Shown here: positions 12,276 to 23,979 of the stretch, piece after piece
Numbering within the stretch: position 1 is the stretch's first letter
How the letters are laid out: each line of letters starts with the position of its first letter
DNA from: Oikopleura dioica
Lineage: Eukaryota; Animalia; Chordata
Assembly (NCBI GenBank): GCA_907165135.1
Contig: OU015566.1
Span: 992,001-1,056,000, forward strand
DNA length: 64,000 nucleotides
Reading direction: 5' to 3'
Translations under genes and position numbers: made by a program
Notes under the pieces: generated by a model
The model's input: only the letters and a program-made list of their open reading frames with translations
The model's database searches: none
What the model was told of the DNA's origin: nothing

Positions 12276-13769
12276 CTTAGGGTTAGGGTTACCCATAATT
12301 AAGTAAGTCTATTGTTCAGAATTTGACCCAAAAAAAAGCTTTTAGAAAACAGAGAATAGAGGGCTGAAGCAAAGTGGTGTACTTTCCGATATTGCGACTA
12401 AACTTGAGTTTTTGTATTTGCACAGCGGTGCCCTTTAAGCTTTTAGCTACTTGAGCCGCTGAACTCTGTGAGGGATTTAATAGTATAGATTTAATAGTGA
12501 AGCAACTCCACGTTTGCGCAAATTTTAATTTTCCAACAATGCTTAATTTTTGCGGAGAAAAATGGCAAATTGGAAGTGGCAAAATTGCTCAAAGTTCATG
12601 TAATCTCTGTTTTCTCCCCGATTACTGATAAGAAATCATTCAAGAGTCTTATCAATCTGCTGACGATGAAGCTGGACTCGTGTCTGATCAGATTTTCTTG
12701 AGAGGATCTTACGCGACCTGCCATTTTTTCGCTCAGTTCCGCTTTTATTCAAACAATATTCCTTTTTTCTACCGCGACTTTACTCAATTATCCAATTCCG
12801 CGACTTTTTTTAGAGAGAAAAAAAAACGGGATTATTCTAAAAATACGAAGCCCGCTTCTTTTAGCACTTTTTAAAAATAATTTTTTTATGCAACTTTTGA
12901 ATTGAACCCTTTTTAGAAAAAAAAGTTAAAAATGAACTTTCCGAGTTTTCTAATTTTCAATGAACCTGATTTGAAATTGAGAAAATTATGACGAGAAACT
13001 GTGTTTTCGCGGAAATATCAAGCAAAATTCATGTTTGAATGACTTCGCTGAGCAAATTTTTTTGGACTGAGATGAAATTTTCAGCGAAAATAAACTTGTC
13101 AAAAAAGCAAAATAAAAAATGGTTAATCCAGTTGGTTTCAATTCTCGCTAAAAATGGTCATTTGAGTAAAGCCTGCGTACTTTGACGAAAAAATTTTGTG
13201 AAATTTTTCATCAAAAATTTTGATTCTGGCTTTGAAAGATTTTAGCTGAGGGTTCAAAGTTTCCATAGAATAAATAAAATAAGGGGGTCAGTATCCAAAT
13301 TCTTGGAGAAAAATCATCTCAAAAATCACTCTCTTGTGATGTCTACGCCCTTATTGACTGCCTATCGAAATTTATCAATAGAAAGTTCACCAAGGCTCAT
13401 CGTCACTATCACCTGAGAAAACCAATCATTTCATGCTCAAGTTGCCAGATTACAAGCCTTGTCTTGACGGCCCGAGAGTCTCAAGTACGCGCGATTGTGG
13501 CCTGCGGAATCGTGTTCGCTTATGTCACCAAAGGTAAAGTCCGTCCGTTCGTAGTTTGGTGCCCAAACATGCTCGGAATTATGAGCGCTTGTTTTTAGAA
13601 AACGTATTCGCTAATAAAGCGGATGACAAAATGATAACGGGATCGTTTGAGGCTGAAAAAGGTCAAATTGAAAAAATAAAAGATAAAATAAAATTTTATT
13701 AAAAGAAAAGATTTTCGTTCTGTTATCACTTGATTGAAGAAGAAAAAAATTGTTTTTTTAGGTAGTTGA

Positions 13770-13925
13770 GATGAGATGGGTAAGCTGAACTGAGCTGTTT
13801 TTTAGTTTTTTAAGTAGTAAAATTGTGTTAAAATCATTGAGCTAAGCTGAGCTGAGCTGAGTGATACTTGTCTGAGCTGAGCAGAACTGATCATTTCCCA
13901 AAATCACTGAGCTGAGCTGAGCGAG
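13770..13925. mobile_element. Truncated inverted copy of the GCTCA-array element
   Basis: (GCTGA)n arrays and internal segments that are reverse complements of 11930-12070. Confidence 0.65.
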
Positions 13926-13996
13926 ACTCTAAGGCGAGGTGAAAATCGATGAAATTCATCATGTACCGAATCGGCAGATGTAGGCGCATTGTCGCA

Positions 13997-14128
13997 AAAT
14001 GTCGCTGAATCTAGCCAAATGTCGATGAATCTAGCCAAATGTCGCTGAATCTAGCCGAATGTCGCCTGATGTCGCTAAATGTAGCCAAATGTCGCTGAAT
14101 GTCGTTAAATGTAGCCAAATGTCGCCAA
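13997..14128. repeat. Minisatellite, about 20-bp unit aatgtcgctgaatctagcca
   Basis: About six degenerate tandem units read directly. Confidence 0.85.
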
Positions 14129-14548
14129 AAGGCGCAAAAAATAATAAAAACATCTGGCTCTAGAAAACTTGTTTCTTAGGTCAAAATATAATATCCGGCG
14201 ACATAGTTAGTGTACTACTAAAGAACGGGAATTTTTGCAGAGATAATAGTTTTTGAAGTCGATTTTTTTGAAAGACGGGAACTCCTAATCGAGAGTGCAC
14301 TCAATTTCCAGCTCAAGAAAAGACAACAAATCTTACGATTATCCGAGCTTTGATGTGAAATCGCTTTTTGAAATAAGATTACCCGATGTTACCCTTTTTA
14401 GCGTTGGTCCGGTTTTCTTCCAAATTGCTACTTTACATATGAAAATGCAGTCTTCATAAATTGGTGATTTTCGTTCCAAGAAATAGGGAAAAACATGAAA
14501 TCGGAGTTTATTTTTTCATTAAATTTATCAAAAAAGAAAACACAATTT

Positions 14549-15908
14549 TTACTGAAGAGACATCATGTCGTTGAGAGTCTTGTCGAGTTTTTCAGAAATG
14601 TCGCGAAAGTTCAACTTTTCTTGGTAAAGAGAATTGATCAAATCGTCGATGGTCGACTCCAACTTAAAATATTTTTAATAAAACGAAGGGTTTGAAAACA
14701 CACCTTGTCGACAGATCGCTCGGCAAATTCGGCTCGAGTATCGGCGAGCTTGAACTCTTCCTGGAGCTCCTTGACTTTGCTCTCGTATTCGTCTTCTTTG
14801 ACGGAGTTGTCGGCGACAATTTGATCCATTTCTCGAACCTACAAGTCGACAGTCAAGAAATTGAAAAGAGTAAAAATAAACTTTGTCCTGAAGCTGTCGG
14901 AGCTCATCTTCAGTGGCTCTGCCTTTGCCCTCGAATTCCTCGGCTCGCTCAATGATGCGCTCAAGATCGTTGGAGACAATTTTCAACTTTCGCTCGGAAT
15001 CTTCATATTTGTGATTCGAGCTCATTGCGATCTGACGAGCTTCCTCGAGCTGAGTTTCCATTTGTTCAGCTGCTTCTTCGTTCTGAAAATAATGAAACCG
15101 GGAATTCTAGCGTTTGTGATGGTACCTGGAAAGATTGCTGCTCGGCGATTCTTTTTCCTTCCTCGTTTTCTTGGTAAGATTTTTCGATCGCGGAAATTTT
15201 CTCCAAGTTTTCGTTCAATCGAAGGGTGCATCGACTGGTTTCTTCTTCAAGAAGAGCAATTCGTCGCTAGAATTTGACAATCAGGACATAAGGACCCCCA
15301 TCCGACTTTTCCTTCGAAAAATAAAAAATTTTAAAAACGCCATATTTTTGGCGTCCTCGGGTTAAACTTGCTTAAAAAACTCAATTAAAGAAATTTTTGA
15401 CCTAAAAAATCAATATTTTTGCCAAAATTTGGGCAAATTCGCCAATTTTAGAGATAGACCCCCAAAAATGCAGCCTCAAAATCGTTTTTTTTACCCGTAG
15501 AATCCATTTCCGGGGTCAAAATTTAAAAATTCCGTAATATGATTTTTCGAAAAAAGCTGACGGGGGGTCCTTTAATGGTAAGAATATTTATGTACCTTGA
15601 GAGCTCCAACTTGCAATTCGGCATCGACGACTTCCTTGTCAACTTCTTCAAGCTTGTCTTGGGTGCTCTTGCTGCTGGAAACAGTGTTGTCGAGCTAAAA
15701 TCAAGCTCAAGAGAATATTAAATCAACCGATAATACTCACATCGTCCTCGGTCTTGGCGATAGCTCGCTGGACCTTGTCGACTTCTTTTTCGAATCGAGC
15801 AAGTTCCGATTCAAACTGAGCGCAAACCGTTTCCGATTCCGTCGCTCGTCTGACAGCCTCCTCCTTCTCCTTCAGGAGGCAGTCCATCTTGTGCTTGATC
15901 GACTCCAT
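14549..15908 (-). CDS. TPM: Tropomyosin
   Basis: MESIKHKMDCLLKEKEEAVRRA, RRIALLEEE, KYEDSERKLKIVSNDLERIIERAE, LKEEFKLADTRAEFAERSVDKLESTIDDL-like segments, and LDKTLNDM. Six GT-AG exons; TAA 14549-14551. Confidence 0.88.
15292..15570. mobile_element. MITE with GGACCCCC termini in a tropomyosin intron
   Basis: AGGACCCCC ... GGGGGGTCCT termini. Internal sequence shared with 17856-18195 and 22612-23394. Confidence 0.7.
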
Positions 15909-16315
15909 CTTTTATCTTTTCTAAAAAAAATATTTTGAGCTGAGCAACTTCTGTTAGCGCTGATGCCAAACTGCAGAAGAGAGGATGCCGCATACAGAGT
16001 CACGCTCTCGGCCTGACACGCTGTTCTTTCAACAAGTGCTCGTAAACTATGTCCGTCTAATGAAGTGCGAGCGTATTGAAATCAGGTTCGAAGTTCGAAC
16101 CGGCCTCTTGATTCTTTCATCATAGAAGAAATTAACTATAACTACATCTGATTGACCTAAATATTTGTATCTGCTCCGATCAAAGCGCAATACACTGAAA
16201 GCCTGTTCGATCCATCTCGGTACAGACTTTCTATAACCGCCAAATATGTTCCATCTTGGTAATTTTTCTCTTTATAAGACGGAGATGCCCTTAAGATAAT
16301 CATCAAAAAGAAACC

Positions 16316-16550
16316 ATGAATACAATAATTTTGATTTTCTTTGTCGGCAAAGTCTTCGGATTTAATATAAAAACCCATCCAGATACAGGTAAAATTTGAA
16401 AAAGCAATCATTAATTCTATACAAGAACTAAACTTGGACATCATAACTGACGAACATGGAGATCATGACAATAAGATGGAACTTGCGAGTGTTCTTGACC
16501 ACTTGTCGAAAGAAAGAGAATTCGGAAAACTTTTTGGATATATTCTTTGA
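16316..16550 (+). CDS. Small secreted peptide precursor A (65 aa)
   Basis: Exons 16316-16388 and 16426-16550, separated by a 37-nt GT-AG intron. Protein: MNTIILIFFVGKVFGFNIKTHPDTELNLDIITDEHGDHDNKMELASVLDHLSKEREFGKLFGYIL*. Supported by its paralog at 16780. Confidence 0.8.
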
Positions 16551-16779
16551 ATCGTTTCTTTGCAATAAAAATATTGAATGAAATATACAGTATATTAATA
16601 ACTCCTGGAAAAGTTAGGAGTAACTGTGGTAAAAAAGAACAGGGTTTACCCCCTTTTTTGTCCCATATATTGTCAAATTGTCAGGTCCAGATGTCAAGTC
16701 TGTACCATTCTTTATGAATACAACTGACATCTCCTGTATAAAAAACATGCTTCGGGTCATCAAAAGAAGATTTGAAACA

Positions 16780-17467
16780 ATGAAAATAGTTCATTTTTCC
16801 TTGATGGCTTTCAACATCGTATTCGGCCTGCGAATACCAACCTCGATTATAAAAACTAAGCCGGATATAGGTTTGTTTCTTTTCGTAGTAGGGCAGAGTT
16901 GCAAATTTGCTGAGCTGATCTGAATGATCTGATTTGCTCAGCTCAGCTAAGACAATTTTTACTCAGCGCGGCTCAGCTAAATTATTTTCGAACATGATCT
17001 GCTCTGCTCAGCTCAGCTCAGCTAAGACAATTATCACTTAGCTCAGCTCAGCAAACTCAATAATTTTAACAAAATTTTAATACAAAAAGAGACAAAAACA
17101 GCTGAGCTCAACTAGCTCAGCTCCGCTCTAATTTGGTTCCGCTCAGCTCATCTCTTTTAAACAAAAGGTTCGCTTAGCTCAGCTCCGCTCAATGAGCTCT
17201 GAAAAAGGCTAGCTCAGCTCATAGAAATTTTTACTCAAGTCAGCTCTAGAAAATAAATCAAAATTTGCATCTCTTTAGTAGGGCCCCTACTGTAGGGGTT
17301 ATCATTCACGCTGCCCCTTACCCTTAACCTTACCCCCTTAAGAGTTGAACCTGGACGTCGTTAACGACGAGCATGGCGACCACGATAATCAGATGCAAAT
17401 CGAGAATGTCATCAATCATTTGAAAAAAGAAAGAGAATTTGGTCTTCTTTTTGGCAATTTTCTTTGA
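16780..17467 (+). CDS. Small secreted peptide precursor B (71 aa), tandem paralog of A
   Basis: Exons 16780-16870 and 17343-17467; same phase-1 intron and same 125-nt exon 2 as gene A. Protein: MKIVHFSLMAFNIVFGLRIPTSIIKTKPDIELNLDVVNDEHGDHDNQMQIENVINHLKKEREFGLLFGNFL*. Confidence 0.8.
16894..17275. mobile_element. hAT-type MITE with GCTCA arrays in the intron of peptide gene B
   Basis: CAGAGTTGCAAATTT ... AAATTTGCATCTCTT, with a perfect 8-bp duplication TAGTAGGG (16886-16893 and 17276-17283). Confidence 0.88.
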
Positions 17468-17600
17468 TCAAATATACTTCAACCTTATTGGTTAAATGCA
17501 AAATAAAAGTAAATTTATTGAAGAGTCTTTTATCTGTTGTTCAGTAAGTTCGGTATCCAGCAATTTCAATTTTTCATGTTCAAAAAACAAGTTTCCAAAA

Positions 17601-18406
17601 TCAATCTTCAATGACGCAAAAACAGTGGCAGGAAAAAGTGTCCCAGTCCCAAACTTCAGTCGCGCTTCCCACTTTGCAGTTGGAAACATCAGCGAGCTCG
17701 CAGCCGTGGAAAAGGGTCCAGGAGGCTTTGCACTGCTCGTTTTCGACGATTCGGTGGGCGTTTTCCGTCCAGAACTTGAAGATTGACCATTCTGGCACGG
17801 GCGGGAGGGCGGAGACGGCGCTAGAAGAAAATGATTGAGATAGACATTAATTTAAGGACCCCCCCGTCAGCTTTTTCATTCGACAAAAGAATTTTTTTAA
17901 AAACACCATATTTTTGGTTCTTCATGCCTCCTCAGGTTAATCTTACTTCAAAAATTTGATATGAGGAATTTTTGACCTAAAAAAATCAATATTTTTGCCA
18001 AAATTAGGGCAAATTCATCAATTTTCGGCGAAAAGTCCAATTTTCAAATTCGATTATGGGGATGAAGGAGTCGAGATTGATCCTCAAAAAAGGAAGCCTC
18101 AAAATCGTTTTTTGACCCGTAGAATCCATTCCGGGGTCAAAATTTTAAAATTCCGAAATTTGATTTTTCGAAAAAAGCTGACGGGGGGGGGGTCCTTAAA
18201 TTAAAACCAGAATCATAACATCTTTCTCATTCAAGGACCCCGCCCCCCTTTTGTCAACAATTTTCGAAAAATCCATTTCCGGGGTAAAAATTATGAAAAG
18301 CCGATTTTTATTTTTCGGAAAATTTTCGGGGGGGGGGGGATCCCGGATCCTTAAATATTTCCTTGAAAGCTAACCTGATTAAAATTGTCAAAAGAAAACT
18401 TTTCAT
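17601..18406 (-). CDS. Small secreted 6-cysteine protein (83 aa)
   Basis: Exon 1 18406-18375 (MKSFLLTILI-AG|gttag) joins exon 2 17820-17601 in phase 2. Protein: MKSFLLTILISAVSA-LPPVPEWSIFKFWTENAHRIVENEQCKASWTLFHGCELADVSNCKVGSATEVWDWDTFSCHCFCVIED*. Confidence 0.72.
17856..18195. mobile_element. TTAA-flanked MITE with GG termini (Kolobok-like)
   Basis: TTAA|GGACCCCCCCGTCAGCTTTTT ... AAAAAAGCTGACGGGGGGGGGGTCC|TTAA. Confidence 0.8.
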
Positions 18407-18733
18407 TGTCGCTTTTTTTTCTTGTTTTCTTCGCTATTTTTGAAAATGGGTGTGACTATTACGTTGGTACTTTTAAAGTGATGTTTGTGGCCCGAGGCGC
18501 GTGCGCTTTTATGCGCAAATAATCGGACCACTTGTGTTTGGCAAGTGAGCCTGATGTAAAAAACAGCGCGGCGTGGCGCAGACTTTGCTGCATTCTCGTT
18601 AGTCTCTAGCTTTTTTGGCACTTTTCTAGGGCAGATGAAACTGGTTTTCAAGGTCGTCCACAGCGTTGTCGAAGACATTATGTAATGAAAGCAGGGTTTT
18701 TTTGTAAAAATGATTTATTTATATAACAATTTT

Positions 18734-21700
18734 TCAAAATCTTCTGTTAGAAAAATCATGGTTCATCAGAAACGACGAGGAATCAAGCAGATCGAGTTCT
18801 GGAAGAGCTGGAGTATGTTTGATTCCGATTTCGTGGCCTCTTTCGTTGTGCAGGCAGGTGATCTCGTACTCTTCGAATTTCGTGCTCATCGAATTGAACG
18901 TCTTTTGAAATTTCACTAATTGACTTTTTCGGCTTTTTAAGACGGGATGGTTTCTGGAACCGACAAAAAAATTTCGACAAATTTTATGTGGGCGGCTACT
19001 CGGCTGCTGATTGGCCGGTTTGCCGAATCCAGGCTTCTGATTGGTTGAATATTTCCACGCAAAATTTGTCGAATTTTTTTGTCGGTTCCAGACACCTCCC
19101 CTTTAAAACGGAGATTTTTATAAAGATTTTTTTGAAGAAATTTTTAAGAAGCCGTTCCTAGTTTTTCTCGAAGAATAAATCTTCATGCTCTCAATTCTTG
19201 TATTTATGTCTTGGAAGCAGATATCCCTCAAATACGTCAAATTGATCGCAAGAGACTCTCCAAAAACCGTCTAAAAAGCGCCTTTTTACTCAAAAAATGA
19301 AGAAAAAAATTACCTTGAATTGATAGAAATTCTCAAATTTCGTCGATTTTTTTGCGATGGGAAGCTTTGTTTTGGGCAAAACAAGCTTTTTCATGAAAAT
19401 GACGATTTTGGCCATGAGCTCGTGGACTTTTTCCGAGTCGTTTTTGATGATTTCGTCGATTCCGAAGGAAATATCGCCGTTGAGAATCACTTCTTCGTCG
19501 TCGTAAAATTTCGATCCCTGAAAAACTCGATTGCAATCAAGGAAGAGAACTGAAAACGAACCGTTTGTCTTTCTTCATTCGTGTCTTTCCAGAAGTCCTT
19601 GCAATGGTCGTCGTGAAGCTCCTGTCGAGCCATGTCTTCTTTCGCCATTTTTTGATTGGTTTTCAGATTTTGCTGGAATTCGTCGTCGTTTAGCTGGGCG
19701 ATTTTTGATCGGAGGAATTCGAGGTATGTTTCCAAGGCCTAAAAAGAGGATTTTGTCGGAAATTTTTGACAAAAAGAAACTTCAATTCAATATTGTGTTC
19801 TTACCCTAACCTTAGGGTGGGACTAACGAAAGGAAGTGATTTCTTGGATCAGATCCAGCTCAGACTAAGGTTTGATTGGCCGCTAGGCAAAATACAGCGA
19901 TCTTATTGGCTATCCAAAAAATCACTTCCTTTTCTTGGTCTGTGCCTAACCCTAACCCTAACCCGAGATTCATTTACCTCAAGATGCTCATCAAGAATCT
20001 TCAAATTAGTAAACATCTGTCCAAGCCAGTAAGACTTCATGATCATCAATTTGTTCAGCACAGTATAACCGAAAAGACTGTACATTTCTCCACGAACAGC
20101 GAAAATTCTAAAGAAAATAACAAAAACGGAGAAAAACAAATTCGAACCTGTTATTGCATCGGAGTTGCTGAACACTAGCCAGTGCTCGTTTCCAGGTCTG
20201 GATGACGTTGAGGTCTAATTGGTCAATTAGGCGATTGAGGATTTTAATGTCGTGGTTAAAATATTCTTCCAGGGGCTCTTCGAACTAGAAAAAAAATATT
20301 TTTTCAATAATTACCGATTTTTCAAAAATATTTTATTAGTTAAAAATTAATAAAAAATTTAATCAAATAACTTCAATTTTTTTTAATTATTAAAAAAAAA
20401 TATTTTATTTTTTAAAATATTTTTTTTACCGCTACATTTTTCTTCTCCACCACGGTCGTTTCCACTTTCGTCGATTCCCACTGACTGATCTCTGGAATTT
20501 CGCTCGCTTCCGTAGCATAATCACTTTCCGCCGCCGTTTCATCGTCACTTGGCGGCAACGCCATCGACTCCATTTCTTGCTCAATCTCGCCGCGCTCTTC
20601 CATGAGGTAAATGTAATCTGCGAAGACGTAGAGCCACTCGCGCGCTTCGTTGAAGTTCAAAGTCGCGTCTTTGGACTAGGATTTATTTTACGATGAGAAC
20701 TTCAAATCGACTAAGTTTGTTCTGAATGAAAAGGTCAGTAATCAAGTAGAAAACCTGAGTCAGGCTCTGAAGAGCTAAAATGAAAAGCCGCGCAGCGGCT
20801 TTTTTAAAAACGAAGCCGCAGCGCGGCTTCGCCAGACTTTTTGATAGACTGTAATGCTAATATTTGCGAAGCCGCTTTGCGGCTTCATTTAAAAAAAAAA
20901 GCCGCTGCGCGGCTTTTCATTTTAGCTTTTCAGAACTTGACTCAGGTTTTCTTCACAGGCTGCCGCCCCCAAAGCTCGAAAAAAATGGATATTCAAGAAA
21001 TTCAAGTGCCCCCAATCAGCAACACCCTTCTGCTTGACCCTCAAGGCTACTTACAAGATATCCATGTTGGCTTCCTTCTTCTTCTTCTTGATCGATGTTG
21101 TACCGGCGGAAGACCTCATTGACGTATTCAGATGCACTCTTCGCGAGTGTCGATTGATTTCCTTTTTCCAATTCGCGCTTCAATTTCGGGTACCAATTCG
21201 AAATGTGTGCTTTTGTGATTCCGGATCCAGAAGCGGCGGCGATGTTCCAATAATCCTTGTAGAACCGATTCTTTCTGTAAATGAAATTGGTCCAATCATG
21301 ATACAAGCCAGTTTTCTCTTGAGTTGTGCCGACTCTTGGATACACTGTTCCCTTAATATCCGTCTTGATATTCGCCTCGTTCAGTCTCAAAGACAAGCAG
21401 TAGACCAATCTTCTCGCCTCTGAAAAAACCGCTGAAATCAAGGAAGAGTGCAGTCGCATTTTACCGTAATAGTCGATCTCGCCATCTTGAATCATTTCTT
21501 CAAAATCAGCGCTGGCCTTGAGCTTGGCGAACTCTTTCTTTCCAATTTCAAGTGCTTTTTCGTCGAAAACTGGGTCAAGAGACTCATCTTCGGATTCTTC
21601 TTTTTTGGATTTTGAGACTTGGATTTTAATAAGTAAAATCAAATTCGAGCTTGAATCAAGCACTCTCTCTGTCTTTCATTAACATTTCAACTGTCTGGCA

Positions 21701-22420
21701 GACAAAATCAAGAAAGAAGAAAATCGACTCAAAATCCAACAATCCTATGTTTTGCTGAAATCCTTCTGGAGCCGAAATTCGGGAGAGGAAGAGTTTTTTC
21801 TTGTGGAAAAGTTTTCCCTAAAGAAAGTTCTAAGAATGGCATCATTTGAGCTACCAGCTCGTTAAAATGAAATAGTCGGAAGTGTAAACAAAATGCTCTT
21901 TTTGATAAAGCGGGACGTAAAAATTTACGAGATTTTGATTATTTGAATCAAGGGACTTAACGACAACCCCCGCTTTTTCGGAAAGGTGTCTGGAACCGAC
22001 AAAAATTCGACAAATTTTGCGTGGAGATTCTAAACCAATCAGAAGCGCATATTTGGCAAACCGGCCAATCAGCAGCCGAGTAGCCGCCAACGCAAAATTT
22101 GTCGAAATTTTTTGTCGGCTCCAGATACCATCCCCTTTTTCTGACGGGGGTCCCTTATTATCGTAGCAAATCAACGTTCTGGGAAGACTACAACTGAACT
22201 TGGCTTTTTTTACCTGTAGAATTTTGTCAACATCGTTGACCGAAATCCTTCCATCCTGCGAAATCCTCGCGCCGGGAAAGTTTTCATGAAAAAACTTCCA
22301 AATCACATGTGCATAAGCTAAATTATCCGCGTCTCCTCTCGATGTTTTCGGAACGCAGTCCCAGCAAATCAGCCCTTTTGCCGGACCGTAGTAGTCTTCT
22401 TCTGCGTAATCTCTTGCCAT
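18734..22420 (-). CDS. Large multi-exon orphan gene, possibly two genes; boundaries approximate
   Basis: Collinear minus-strand exons: MARDYAEEDYYG...ILQ|gtaaa, the 215-aa ORF, the acidic exon 20412-20680, METYLEFLRSK..., and ILNGDISFG.... Introns are occupied by MITEs. No family motif recognised. Confidence 0.4.
18941..19102. mobile_element. TTAA-flanked MITE, ACCGACAAAAAAATTTCGAC family (further copies about 21985-22140 and 52870-53035)
   Basis: Inverted arms ggaaccgacaaaaaaatttcgacaaatttt / aaaatttgtcgaatttttttgtcggttcc. Shared core ccaatcag..gccgagtagccgcc in all three copies. TTAA flanks in this copy. Confidence 0.8.
19800..19968. repeat. Dispersed repeat (ggaagtg..ggat..ccaataag family) with CCCTAA tracts at its ends
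   Basis: Core matches the units at 57380-58010. Flanked by ccctaacc and (cctaac)x3. Confidence 0.6.
20740..20964. mobile_element. MITE, CCTGAGTCAGG family
   Basis: Fold-back of about 210 bp with four AAGCCGC-GCGGCTT palindromes. Confidence 0.8.
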
Positions 22421-22611
22421 GCCGTGAGGATTAATTCTAAGCAAATAGTAAAAATGAAGAAAGAGCGCGGGTCGTAAATTTTCAGTTTTTTATGAAAAGA
22501 AACGGAACGCGATAAAAATAAGAATCCACGGAAATAACCACTCGCGGTTAACAAAAGAAGAAAAAACACAAATAAAAAATATTTTCCCTAAAAGATTAAA
22601 TGTCTATTTAT

Positions 22612-23394
22612 TAGGCCATTTTTTAAAAATTCATTTTCAGCCGTCAGCTTTTTTCCTTGAAAAATGGAAAATTTTCAAAAGACCATATTTTTGGTTCTTA
22701 TTGCGTCCTCAAGTTACACTTGCTTCAAAAACTTGGGGACGCTCGTCTAAATTACCGAAAATCCATTACCAATTTTTTTCAACAATTACGATTTTTTTTG
22801 CTCAAAAAATACGTAAATAACTCTCAAACGTATCCTACCAAACAGGCGCGGAGCGCACACAGGCTCTTTGACTTGATAAAATTGGCGATTTTTGGAAAGT
22901 TTGGTAATGCATTACCATAAATTGGTAATAGATTACCAAAATTGGTAATAGATTACCAAAATTGGTAATGCATTACTGATTGGTAGTTTAGACGAGCGTT
23001 ACCCCCAAAAACTTGATAAGAGCAATTTATGACCAGGAAAAATCAATATTTTCGCCAAAATTAGGGCAAATTCGTTAATTTTCGATGAAAAGTCCAATTT
23101 TCAAATGCGATTTGAGGGGGTGTTAGAATCCGGAAATGGAGTCTACGTGTCAAAAAACGATTTTGTGACTTCATTTTTTGGGGTCTATCACCATCAAAAT
23201 CGCATTTTAAAATTGGCCTTTTAGCCGAAAATTGACGAATTTGTCCTAATTTTGGCAAAAATATTGATTTTTTTGGTCAAAAATTCCTCTTAACAAGTTT
23301 TTGAAGCAAGTTTAGCCTGAAGACGCATTAACAACCAAAAATATGGCGTTATGAAAATTTCCATTTTTCGAAGGAAATAGCTGACGGGGGGTCC
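22612..23394. mobile_element. Fold-back element of the GGACCCCC family carrying a nested insertion
   Basis: Arms of about 230 bp are inverted. Right end GCTGACGGGGGGTCC|TTAA; left end degenerate. Confidence 0.7.
22735..23005. mobile_element. Mutator-type MITE nested in the previous element
   Basis: TIR GGGG(TA)ACGCTCGTCTAAA. Perfect 9-bp duplication CAAAAACTT (22726-22734 and 23006-23014). Internal palindromic 20-mers ttggtaatagattaccaaaa. Confidence 0.8.
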
Positions 23395-23603
23395 TTAATT
23401 CGTCATCTGACATTAAAATCAAAAGTAACATCTTGATCCTTATTAAAAATCATCCAAAGACTGTTGAAATAGGCCGAAATCAGATTTCCTCGTTGATTTC
23501 ATCAAAAATTCATGCTCATATCCAATAAATAATCACCTCTGAATAAAAGGCGCTTCGGTCAAAACACAGGTCACTAAACCCAAAAAAAGGAGAAAAAACA
23601 AAA

Positions 23604-23979
23604 ATGAAATTGATAAGCGGTTTCCTTTTTTCTTTCGTCATTTTCATGTCGACTTTTGAAGGGGAGTCGATGCTCAGTGACTATCTCAATACAGTTAATG
23701 ATGAGCAACAGGTGAGTTTTTCTTAAAGGAATTTTTTCATTTAGGGTAAAGGTTAGGGTAAAGATTGGGGCTAGGTTTAGGGTTTGATATCCAGAAAATG
23801 GGCTTTTGAGTAAAAAAATAAGGTACGCCCCTTTGAAAATTATTTTCTAGCCGAGCTTGGCGGCAGCTCCATGGCTGGCAAACCGACTAAAAGGCGAAAA
23901 CTCGGGGCGACTGTCAAAAATGGCCGAAATGCTGAGTAGCAAGCAGAACCCCCTGGAAATGTTCGCTATCCATGGATAA
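23604..23979 (+). CDS. Small secreted peptide precursor ending in Gly-stop (78 aa)
   Basis: Exons 23604-23711 (CAG|gtgag) and 23851-23979 (ttttctag|). Protein: MKLISGFLFSFVIFMSTFEGESMLSDYLNTVNDEQQPSLAAAPWLANRLKGENSGRLSKMAEMLSSKQNPLEMFAIHG*. Confidence 0.65.

Noticed and set aside
12277-12290. True telomere or chromosome-end signal
   Set aside because: Only about two TTAGGG units, embedded between genes; an interstitial repeat fragment.
12316-13700. Possible small genes between the two GCTCA elements
   Set aside because: Several frames are open and some splice-like sites exist, but I could not build a consistent start-to-stop model.
22900-22985. Palindromic 20-bp tandem repeats suggesting a CRISPR array
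   Set aside because: No unique spacers and no cas genes; the context is eukaryotic and the repeats lie inside a MITE with a 9-bp TSD.
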